In this document: positions 17,041-24,702 of the stretch, piece after piece
Numbering within the stretch: position 1 is the stretch's first letter
Layout: each line of letters starts with the position of its first letter
Source: an uncultured Halobacteria archaeon
Lineage (GTDB): Archaea > Halobacteriota > Syntropharchaeia > Alkanophagales > Methanospirareceae
Direction of reading: 5' to 3'
NCBI GenBank assembly: GCA_964644925.1
Contig: CAZXYJ010000001.1
Coordinates: forward strand, 1-25,891
DNA length: 25,891 nucleotides
Notes under the pieces: generated by a model
The model's database searches: none
What the model was told of the DNA's origin: nothing
What the model saw: the letters and a program-made list of their open reading frames with translations, nothing else
Made by a program: the position numbers and the translations under genes

Positions 17041-17361
17041 TTGAGATTCAGAAGTGATGACCGGCAAGGACGCAACAATTGTATTTCAAGTAGAATCACC
17101 GACCACGAAGATACAGCGATAGATAAGATAGCAGAGGAGGAGGATAAGACACGAAGCCAGATTGTTTCCGAAGCAATCGGTAACTATCTGATGCAGAAGA
17201 GAATAGGAGATAAGCACATCTGCATATTAGTTGAGAAGGACGAGGACGGTATATTAATTGGTTCAGTCCCCTCCATTCCCGGTTGCCATACACAAGGCGA
17301 AACAGTTGAGGAGCTCATAGAGAATCTGAAAGAAGCGATAGAAGTTAACGTGGAGTTGTAA
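17041..17361 (+). CDS. RHH + HicB-like antitoxin fusion (start uncertain)
   Basis: ISSRITD...KTRSQIVSEAI (RHH), then ILVEKDEDG...SVPSIPGCHTQGETVEELIENLKEAI (HicB core). Confidence 0.8.
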   Translation: MRFRSDDRQGRNNCISSRITDHEDTAIDKIAEEEDKTRSQIVSEAIGNYLMQKRIGDKHICILVEKDEDGILIGSVPSIPGCHTQGETVEELIENLKEAIEVNVEL

Positions 17362-17382
17362 AGAAGAAGACACTCCGCAGGT

Positions 17383-17627
17383 TATACGGCGATTTTAAGG
17401 TGGAGTTACAGGGCGATTTTCACGTCTAAGCCACGTTCTCCGGGAGCAGAATATACTTACATCTGGAAAAAGAAATTGGATTCTAAGGTATCAAATAGAA
17501 ACCACCATAAAGGATTATTTCAGGGTGTTTTCGGAAATGTCTTCCATACAGCCCATCTAAGCAACGAAAACGAATCCGGTAATATAATAACACCCCCCTA
17601 TATCCAGCGTCTAAGCCTCTATACGTG
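17383..17627 (+). repeat. Long non-coding diverged direct repeat, copy B (upstream of the capsid operon)
   Basis: See copy A at 8215-8459. Confidence 0.85.
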
Positions 17628-17630
17628 CGT

Positions 17631-17654
17631 ATTTGTAAACGTCCTTTTTATATA
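17631..17654 (+). promoter_or_regulatory. Capsid-operon promoter with the shared 17-bp motif
   Basis: ATTTGTAAACGTCCTTT, then TTTATATA at 17647-17654, 30 bp before ATG 17677. Confidence 0.75.
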
Positions 17655-17676
17655 CCCTCTCGCCGATTTTTTAATC

Positions 17677-19143
17677 ATGCCGTATAAATCTATTGAAGGA
17701 GCGAAGAAAGCAAACTTTCCGACAACTGCGGAGAAAGTGCCCCTGACTCTTGCACAGATAAACCACTTGGCGCGAATTTATGATGGAGTCCAGAAATCAG
17801 GTAGCGCGGATAATCCGATGGCTGTTGCGTGGGCGCGATGGAAAGAGGTATATACGAAGACGGATGGCAAGTGGAAACTGAAGGAAGGGAAGAGCGGAAT
17901 AAGTGATGCACTTACACCACCGGCAAAAGAAGGCGGATGGATTCCAGTAGCGAAGGTCGGTCAGGAAGTAAGAATGTCGAGCGTAGAAGAGGACAATTCA
18001 AAAATCCCGCAAAATGTCTATCCCACGGCGGAAGGTTTTGAAAAAGCGGTGGAACTGTTCAAGGAGATAGCAGAAAAAGGTTACGTTGGCAAGAACCATC
18101 TGGAAGTCTTGGAAGGGATGGAAGTGACCGACCAGAAGTTCGAGTTTCCTTTCCTTTACGCGAAGTTCAATCAAGAAGGAGAAGCAGCGATAAAAGACCC
18201 GAAGTCAACAGGCAGGAGCATAGATGCCACCGTGTTTGGTGTTGAGGGACATCTGCTCACAGACTTTCTCGTGCCGGGTGTTTCGGTACTATTTGAACCG
18301 CATAATCCAGCATGTACGCCAGAAATGGGCTGCTCAAGCACAAGCGCAAAAACCAGCAGTTACGAGTCTAAAATTGATTTTGACTTGGTGGTGATGAACA
18401 ACAATGGCGAGAACGTGAAGGTTCGGGACGTGAATATGTATCTGGACAAAGAGGAAATGAAAGACAAGGAAAAGGTAAAGGATCAGTTATTGGCGGAAGT
18501 CGCATATCTGGACTATCAGACCAGTTGTATGTTCATACCACATAATCCAGCATTACGAATCGGGGATGTGGTTCCTTCGGATGTTAAACCACTATACACT
18601 ATTCAAATTGCTATATCGGCAAAAGGGAAAATTGAAGTAGATTATCACGAAGGAGGTGGTAAGAAAAAGATGGCTGAAAAAGAAGGAGATGAGCCTGTTA
18701 CCTTTACGGAGGAGCAGGTAAAGGAGAGGATTGCGACCGCAGTGTCGGAAGTCACTGAAAAACTTGACAACGCACATGCGGTTGTGGTCACGGATTTAGA
18801 GAAGGCAAACGAGGCGAAGATTGCGGAATTGGGGACAGAACACGAAACAGCAATAGATGCTGCGAGAGTGGCAGCTATGAAGCAGGCGGAAGCACGGGCA
18901 ACGTTTATGCACAACTTCGGGCTCAAGGAAGACAGCGAACTGATGAAGAGCTACGACAAGGTAGAGACGGTAGAGGACATGAGAGAGCTAATGAACTCTA
19001 TAGAAATACCAAAAATGGCAGCAGCGGCACTGGGTATTAGCTCTGTGAGTGGCGGAAAACCTGAGACGGAAAGGGACGAGGTATTGGGTGCATGGGACCC
19101 GGTCAAAGGCGAATTTGGGAAAGCATACAGGGGGGAGAAGTAG
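17677..19143 (+). CDS. Prohead protease / scaffold polyprotein with an N-terminal ChaB-like domain (start reassigned from 17476)
   Basis: MPYKSIE...AVAWARWKEVYTKTDGKW (ChaB-like); candidate catalytic His (KNH) and Ser (GRSID); acidic coiled-coil C-terminus; position before the capsid genes. Confidence 0.7.
   Translation: MPYKSIEGAKKANFPTTAEKVPLTLAQINHLARIYDGVQKSGSADNPMAVAWARWKEVYTKTDGKWKLKEGKSGISDALTPPAKEGGWIPVAKVGQEVRMSSVEEDNSKIPQNVYPTAEGFEKAVELFKEIAEKGYVGKNHLEVLEGMEVTDQKFEFPFLYAKFNQEGEAAIKDPKSTGRSIDATVFGVEGHLLTDFLVPGVSVLFEPHNPACTPEMGCSSTSAKTSSYESKIDFDLVVMNNNGENVKVRDVNMYLDKEEMKDKEKVKDQLLAEVAYLDYQTSCMFIPHNPALRIGDVVPSDVKPLYTIQIAISAKGKIEVDYHEGGGKKKMAEKEGDEPVTFTEEQVKERIATAVSEVTEKLDNAHAVVVTDLEKANEAKIAELGTEHETAIDAARVAAMKQAEARATFMHNFGLKEDSELMKSYDKVETVEDMRELMNSIEIPKMAAAALGISSVSGGKPETERDEVLGAWDPVKGEFGKAYRGEK
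18670..19143 (+). CDS. Nested in-frame scaffold protein (157 aa)
   Basis: Strong SD AGGAGGTG at 18651-18658 before an in-frame ATG; VTFTEEQV scaffold-type motif. Confidence 0.6.
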   Translation: MAEKEGDEPVTFTEEQVKERIATAVSEVTEKLDNAHAVVVTDLEKANEAKIAELGTEHETAIDAARVAAMKQAEARATFMHNFGLKEDSELMKSYDKVETVEDMRELMNSIEIPKMAAAALGISSVSGGKPETERDEVLGAWDPVKGEFGKAYRGEK

Positions 19144-19653
19144 ATGGTGCAAGTAGGTTTTGTGGAACCCCTTAACGATGTGGTTCAGGGACCATATATG
19201 ACTGAGCGGTTGAAGGTCGGTGCAAATGCAGCAGCCGCGAAGATGTTGCCGGGTATGCACGTGGTATTCGACACAAACGACTATTCCGTAAAGGAAGGAG
19301 GTGCTGCTGGATCAGTAATAGGTATTTTAGGATACGGCGAGGCGGCAGTGGATTTTAAACCTGCCACACGCGATACAGCATATGCACTTGCAGATGAAGT
19401 CCCGATTCATACGGGAATTTTTCGTGCAAGAGTTTATGTCACCGAGACCGTAGTCAAAGGCGACCCCTTAATCGCAGCGGCAGACGGTAAGTTCGACAAA
19501 GGAGATGAAATAACGATAGCAGCCAGCGGAGCAGCTAACATCACAGACGGACAAGCAGTAACGGGCTCATTTGGTGCTCAGGGACCAGTATTGGGACGTG
19601 CAGCAGCATCAAGAACCGGCGCGGGATACGTATGGGCGAATATGATATTATAA
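19144..19653 (+). CDS. Capsid cement / decoration protein
   Basis: 169-aa Gly/Ala-rich beta protein between scaffold and capsid genes; VKGDPLIAAADGK. Confidence 0.65.
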   Translation: MVQVGFVEPLNDVVQGPYMTERLKVGANAAAAKMLPGMHVVFDTNDYSVKEGGAAGSVIGILGYGEAAVDFKPATRDTAYALADEVPIHTGIFRARVYVTETVVKGDPLIAAADGKFDKGDEITIAASGAANITDGQAVTGSFGAQGPVLGRAAASRTGAGYVWANMIL

Positions 19654-19669
19654 GAGGGGGAAACGAAAA

Positions 19670-20572
19670 ATGGCAAACGCATTAAAGGATTTGGGAAAGT
19701 CGTGGGATAAAGACATCGTACCGGTATTGGCAGAGCAGACAATAGGTCGGAAGCTCATACCGAAAAACGCAGCGTTGAGTGGAAAAGGATTGGGGATGAC
19801 CTCTGTGGAGACACGAGCATACACGGCACGTTCCGGCGCAGTGATAAACTACGATATACAGGAAGATTTGGAAGATGCAGTTGACATAACATCCAAAACG
19901 CTGAAGATACCCGTGCAGCAAGATGACGCCCGGATAAAGAGAAGAGACTGGGAAGCATACAAACTCGCTGGTGTGGCTGTTGACAATGACATTGCGATTG
20001 ATATGGCGGCAAATGTCGCAGCGCAAGAAGACGCTCTGATTATAGACGGCTGGAAACCGAATGGAACCAATTACGCTCTCAAGGGTATGTATCAGGTAGC
20101 AAATAACACCTTTGGCGGCGCAACTTTCGGAACAGTGGGAAACGCTTTAGCGGCTGCTGCAAATGCAATTTCGCTGTTGAGGGCAGACAAGATATACAGT
20201 GTCGGATGGAATATGGTGTTAAATCCTGTCCAGTACGGGGAATTGGAGGCAAGCTATTCGACCACACTCGGTTTAGAGTATGACGCTGTTCTGAAGATGT
20301 TGAACAGAAACGCGCCAGGCAATCCGGGACGTATATACGAATCTTCAAATATAGCAGCGGGAACAGGTATGATTGCGCCGGTCGCAACTCCAGCGAACAA
20401 GAGGTTTTTCGACTTGGTCATAGCACAGGAGCCGAAACACGACATCTGGTACGAGACCTCTGAGGACACAGGTCCAATCAGAACACGGTTAGTCGGTGCT
20501 TTGGTGCCACGGTTCAAGCATCTTGACGGCAGCGATTTGGACAACTGTGTATGCACCTTAACGGGGATATGA
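19670..20572 (+). CDS. Major capsid protein, HK97 fold, encapsulin/linocin-like
   Basis: 300 aa; IGRKLIP, AAQEDALIIDG, MVLNPVQYGEL resemble family-1 encapsulin motifs; canonical position. Confidence 0.82.
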   Translation: MANALKDLGKSWDKDIVPVLAEQTIGRKLIPKNAALSGKGLGMTSVETRAYTARSGAVINYDIQEDLEDAVDITSKTLKIPVQQDDARIKRRDWEAYKLAGVAVDNDIAIDMAANVAAQEDALIIDGWKPNGTNYALKGMYQVANNTFGGATFGTVGNALAAAANAISLLRADKIYSVGWNMVLNPVQYGELEASYSTTLGLEYDAVLKMLNRNAPGNPGRIYESSNIAAGTGMIAPVATPANKRFFDLVIAQEPKHDIWYETSEDTGPIRTRLVGALVPRFKHLDGSDLDNCVCTLTGI

Positions 20573-20575
20573 GAG

Positions 20576-20758
20576 ATGAAGGTGAGGTGCCTTATCGGTT
20601 CCTTACGCCTTAATGACGGCACGGAATATTCAAAGGGAGATGTGTTTTCTCTCGATGACGAAAAAACCGTGCGCTCATTATTGCGTGCGGGATATGCGCA
20701 AGAAGCGGAAGACGATCTAAAAAAGATAGTGAAGAAAACACAATCCAGTAGGCGGTAG
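20576..20758 (+). CDS. Small virion-associated protein following the capsid gene
   Basis: YSKGDVFSLDDEKTVRSLLRAGYA pattern, typical of small post-capsid genes. Confidence 0.6.
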   Translation: MKVRCLIGSLRLNDGTEYSKGDVFSLDDEKTVRSLLRAGYAQEAEDDLKKIVKKTQSSRR

Positions 20759-20773
20759 AGTAAGTGGTATAAA

Positions 20774-21760
20774 ATGTCAAAAACAACCAATTACAACTTT
20801 GATAAGCAGAAGTGGGGTCATCAAATAAGAGAAGATGACCTAAATCGTATAGCGGCAAATCTCGACTTAATAGATACCGCTATCCATGACCGAGAGGTGG
20901 AATATGGCGCACATGATACAGCAAAAACAGGGGTACATGGTGTTGGATCAGATTATATCGCGAAAGTGTCCAATTCTGACCAAAAGCTACGTATTGTTGA
21001 TTTTCCGGCTGCTGAATTCGATGCCGCAAATAAGATACCTTTACTGGACGCTTCAACGTTTCTGAAGTTGGCACAGATAGTAGGCAATGTCCCTTCTCTG
21101 GATGGAAATGGGAAGCTCATTCTTACAGGAACTTCTCAAATTGGAACTAAAGCGACAGATCTTGCAGCGCTGTGGGATAAGACAACGAAAATAGCCAAAG
21201 CGGATTTAACAGCAGCGGAATTCAATGCAGCCAACGGTATTTGCGGATTAGATGCAAGTGCAGATGTACCTCTTGCACAAATACCGGATACACTTACCGG
21301 TAAAGATGCGGATTCTGTTGATGGTAAAGAACCAGGTACAATTGCGGGTAAAATACCATATCTTGATGCAAGCGCATTTCTTACGTTATCACAAGTAGTT
21401 GGAAACATTCCCGCTCTGGATGTTAATGGCAAGTTAGTGCTTACAGGTTCAGGACAGATAGGCACAAAGACGGCGGACCTCGCCGAACTGTGGAGTAAAG
21501 GGACACTCATAGACGACTCAATGATAGGGCTTAATGAGATACACGCAGAAGGTTCAAGCAACTTCGCTGGTCCTGGCGGTGTCACAATTACACACAACCT
21601 AAATCTTTCTAATTACGCACCACACATAATCCCAACTGCGGATCCAGCTGGTGCGCTCGGCGAAGTATGGATAACGGATGTAGCTGTTAATTCGTTTGTA
21701 GTGCGAAATAGCGGTATCGCAGTGACCTCCTTTACGTGGGTCATACATAATAGGACGTGA
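20774..21760 (+). CDS. Fibre-like structural protein with an internal 50-aa repeat
   Basis: Repeats at 21032-21181 and 21350-21499; C-terminal VTITHNLN...NSFVVRN beta domain. Confidence 0.65.
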   Translation: MSKTTNYNFDKQKWGHQIREDDLNRIAANLDLIDTAIHDREVEYGAHDTAKTGVHGVGSDYIAKVSNSDQKLRIVDFPAAEFDAANKIPLLDASTFLKLAQIVGNVPSLDGNGKLILTGTSQIGTKATDLAALWDKTTKIAKADLTAAEFNAANGICGLDASADVPLAQIPDTLTGKDADSVDGKEPGTIAGKIPYLDASAFLTLSQVVGNIPALDVNGKLVLTGSGQIGTKTADLAELWSKGTLIDDSMIGLNEIHAEGSSNFAGPGGVTITHNLNLSNYAPHIIPTADPAGALGEVWITDVAVNSFVVRNSGIAVTSFTWVIHNRT

Positions 21761-21766
21761 TAGAAA

Positions 21767-22102
21767 ATGCCAACAATAACCAAATCAGGCTCCAAGGTAA
21801 CAGTTGGAGTAATGGAATATGCGGGAATACACATACCTGGAAAAGCTTTCGACTTGAAAAGTCATAATGGCGAAAGAATCCGGGTGCACATCAATAACGA
21901 CAACAAATTAACTATTGAAACCAAACCAACGCAGAAATTACTGGTTTGCGAACTCGACATTCCGGAAAGAAAATATATCCATACCAAAACGGCAGAGAAA
22001 GATGAGAAGGGCGAATACATCATAGAAACAAAAGAGAAGGAATTGAAGCTGGAAGAGATAGAAATGAAAGAATATCCGAAAGAGGTGATGAAAATAAAAT
22101 GA
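21767..22102 (+). CDS. Hypothetical protein (possible fibre adaptor)
   Basis: Lies between the fibre-like gene and the DGR target; ATGA overlap. Confidence 0.6.
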   Translation: MPTITKSGSKVTVGVMEYAGIHIPGKAFDLKSHNGERIRVHINNDNKLTIETKPTQKLLVCELDIPERKYIHTKTAEKDEKGEYIIETKEKELKLEEIEMKEYPKEVMKIK

Positions 22103-23430
22103 CGGAAGATCTGAGTCTAAGTGGATTGAGAAACAGGTTTAACCAGTTGAACGATTTGAATGAGAACTTCGTGGAATTCCCACGCAAAGCGACAAGTGGC
22201 TTTGGCGGTTCTGGAACTTATTTTGATAAAGGTTTCCGGGATGGTGTGTTAATAGGTGGCTGCTGGCTTGCGAAATATCCTATGAGCCGGCTGGACGCAA
22301 CGCCAAAGTCTCAGGGTAGTTCGGGCATACCCGTTTCGCAACCGCGAGTCCCTGCATGGACAACCGTAAACTGGCAAGCAGCACTTGAAGCTTGCAGATT
22401 AATGAACCGAAGCGATGAGCAGGCTTTAGCGAAAGCTTATGTTTCTGGTGGTGGTATTGGCTCTTTGGGAGATATAAACGGCTATCATTACATTCTTATA
22501 GATACCGATGCGCATTTTCTTGAACTTGCCGTGGGGAATCATATTGAGCTCTCACATCCACTTAGCGCAGCCGAAGCGGCTGCAATGAATACAAACAACT
22601 ACGATAATGCAATTCATACCAATACAACGACAGCGCCAACGGTGCGTTTAGGCAGTTCAAATCAATGGGTAGAAGGTGACGCCATTATCTATGAGCGAAA
22701 AGTGGCAAAGTTTGACCAGGTGAACAAGAAGATATATCTTACTGTTGCACTACCCACAAATGCGCTTGGCGTTGCAGACATAACGGCAAAATCAGGCGAC
22801 AGCGTAAGCGTCAGGAAATACGACCTTGTAGGACTTGAAGAGTGGGCAGCAATCAAGTTAGAATGTGCAATGCAGGCAAAAGCTGCGTCACCGTTTGGCG
22901 CGGATGGTTATCCAAAAGGGAATAATTCTTATGGAAGAGATACGGGCGATGCAGACGAATGGAGATATTACGGCGATAACGACCCGACTTACATTGCCGC
23001 TGGACATCCAATTTATAAAGTTCTGTGCGGTTCCGGTCCTGACTCGTGGTTCCATAACAACAACCGCAAGACAGGTGTATGGTGCTACAATGGAAATGTA
23101 TGGGATTGGATAAACGCAAAAGCGTACGATAGAAAAATCCAAGCTGGTTATCCTGGTGAAGGCTTTACGCTTCCAGCAACGAATAATTACGTAGCGACAA
23201 TAGAAGCAGCGGCCGCATTGTGCGGGGCAAAAGATTTGGCTTTACCGGTAACGGTCGGCGCGGCTTGCGCACAGTTTGGCAATGATTACTACTCTCAGAA
23301 TACAGGGGATAGGGCTTTTCTCGTTGGCGGCCGCTACGGCACGACCAGTGGTGCGGGGGTCTTCGCTGCGGGTATCGATACGACGCCTGACTGTGCGAAC
23401 GTGTACGTCGGCTTCCGTGCGGCCTTGTAA
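22099..23430 (+). CDS. DGR target protein, CLec/FGE-like fold (Mtd-like receptor-binding protein)
   Basis: LAKYPMS, WQAALEAC, EEWAA, GNVWDW and C-terminal VGGRY...GFRAAL variable-region pattern. Confidence 0.88.
   Translation: MTEDLSLSGLRNRFNQLNDLNENFVEFPRKATSGFGGSGTYFDKGFRDGVLIGGCWLAKYPMSRLDATPKSQGSSGIPVSQPRVPAWTTVNWQAALEACRLMNRSDEQALAKAYVSGGGIGSLGDINGYHYILIDTDAHFLELAVGNHIELSHPLSAAEAAAMNTNNYDNAIHTNTTTAPTVRLGSSNQWVEGDAIIYERKVAKFDQVNKKIYLTVALPTNALGVADITAKSGDSVSVRKYDLVGLEEWAAIKLECAMQAKAASPFGADGYPKGNNSYGRDTGDADEWRYYGDNDPTYIAAGHPIYKVLCGSGPDSWFHNNNRKTGVWCYNGNVWDWINAKAYDRKIQAGYPGEGFTLPATNNYVATIEAAAALCGAKDLALPVTVGAACAQFGNDYYSQNTGDRAFLVGGRYGTTSGAGVFAAGIDTTPDCANVYVGFRAAL
23312..23427 (+). repeat. DGR variable repeat (VR); 3' boundary inferred from the gene end
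   Basis: 23312-23342 aligns to 23537-23567 with 6 mismatches, all at template adenines. Confidence 0.85.
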
Positions 23431-23536
23431 CTGCCAAACCGAAAGGACGAAAACGAGCACATGGGAAAAAAAATCATAGTCATGGAGGAAAAAAACAAAA
23501 AAGAACCACATGATAAGGTTTGAGCGGAATAAGTCG

Positions 23537-23574
23537 AGGCTTTTCTCGTTGGCGGCAACTACAACAATAGTTCC
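23537..23574 (+). repeat. DGR template repeat (TR), 5' remnant only
   Basis: GCT TTT CTC GTT GGC GGC AAC TAC AAC AAT; AAC/AAT codons sit opposite the varied VR codons; cut off by IS607. Confidence 0.85.
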
Positions 23575-23577
23575 TTA

Positions 23578-24702
23578 TCATATAGAAGAATCTCCCTTTG
23601 ATAAGGTTGGCAGTGAACGGAGACTATAAACTCCCGCCAATCCCAGAGCCTCAAGATTCTTGGACGCATTGTAGTCCGCGTTTGCAGTATAACCGCATCT
23701 CAAACACACGAATCTCTCACCTCTGCGATTTCTCCTATCTATGTTGCCACAAACGGCGCATCTCTGCGATGTTTTCCAGGGGTTTTTGAGACTTATGCGT
23801 ATCCCCTTTTCTTCACAAATCTGCTTTAACCGCTCGCCGACCTTGGCATAAAGCCAGAAAGATAGGAGTCTATTCGATATTCGAGAGAACTTCCCCCGCT
23901 TACCCCTCTTCACATGCTTCAAATTCTCTAAAGAGATAAGTTTAACCACGTCAAGATTTAGCTGTTTGAGGAATCGGTTTGCCTCTGTTTCAATGAAGTG
24001 GTGCCAGCTTTTCCGCCGCTTTCCACCCCTCTTAATCGTTTCTTTCAACCCCTCTCCTATAAATTGATTATCAGATGTAACGAGCATAGAGTTTAATCCG
24101 CTATCTATTCCAATTACTTTTCCCTCTTCCCTCAATTCCGGGCGTTCCTTCTCAAACACCAAATCAATAAAAAGCCCTTTTTTGCGGTTGTACCCCAACC
24201 TTACTGATTGCCCCAGAACCCACCCCTCCTCTCGGAACTTATTGGTGTGGTGAGTCCAGTTAAAGGGAATGATAAGTTTAGGAACCCCGGAACCAAATTT
24301 AAGGCACATATCAAAAACCCCGTTAAAAGGTGTGATTTTTACAAACCGGCCATCCAGATTGGCAATAGCGGATTTAACCCTCGGCATCCGCCTCCTTTTC
24401 TTGGTGAGTTCGTTTTGAGAAAGAACCGTCTCATTTGCCTGTTTCGCACCGCATTGGCTCAATCTCGCGGTAACTCCAAATCGCTCCTCCACTCCCTTTG
24501 TGAACTCCTTTTTAGGGAGGGCGTTATCATCTGTGTCGTGGGATGCCCATAGGCGGGTGATGGAGTAGTTAAGAATGTTTTTGTAGAGGTGGAGGAAGGT
24601 TTTTAACTTCTCCGCCTTGCCCTTATTAATGCAGCTATTGAGGTAGATTCGTGATGTTCTCCTCATCCACCCAGAGTGTTTTCGTTTATATCGCTTCTTC
24701 AT
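23578..24702 (-). CDS. tnpB: TnpB RNA-guided nuclease
   Basis: RuvC-I VIGIDSG, RuvC-II SLENL, zinc finger CAVC...CLRC, RuvC-III NADYNASKNL. Confidence 0.93.
   Translation of the reverse strand: MKKRYKRKHSGWMRRTSRIYLNSCINKGKAEKLKTFLHLYKNILNYSITRLWASHDTDDNALPKKEFTKGVEERFGVTARLSQCGAKQANETVLSQNELTKKRRRMPRVKSAIANLDGRFVKITPFNGVFDMCLKFGSGVPKLIIPFNWTHHTNKFREEGWVLGQSVRLGYNRKKGLFIDLVFEKERPELREEGKVIGIDSGLNSMLVTSDNQFIGEGLKETIKRGGKRRKSWHHFIETEANRFLKQLNLDVVKLISLENLKHVKRGKRGKFSRISNRLLSFWLYAKVGERLKQICEEKGIRISLKNPWKTSQRCAVCGNIDRRNRRGERFVCLRCGYTANADYNASKNLEALGLAGVYSLRSLPTLSKGDSSI

Noticed and set aside
17476-17676. N-terminal 67 codons of the ORF-track protease gene
   Set aside because: They overlap the non-coding repeat and lie upstream of the TATA box; ATG 17677 is the better start
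23431-23460. DGR homing hairpin downstream of the VR
   Set aside because: Only 2-bp stems (CC-GAAA-GG, CG-AAAA-CG); too weak to call
23461-23523. avd accessory gene between VR and TR
   Set aside because: ORF is only 20 aa and A-rich; far too short for an Avd helical bundle
273-23558. Numerous minus-strand ORFs in the ORF track (for example 635-1258, 15147-15719, 20254-20790)
   Set aside because: Antisense shadows of well-supported + strand genes with Ser/Phe/Leu-rich composition and no motifs
23511-23608. TGATAAGGTT present both upstream of the TR (23511) and inside the IS right end (23599)
   Set aside because: A single 10-bp match that does not flank the element as a target duplication; may be chance
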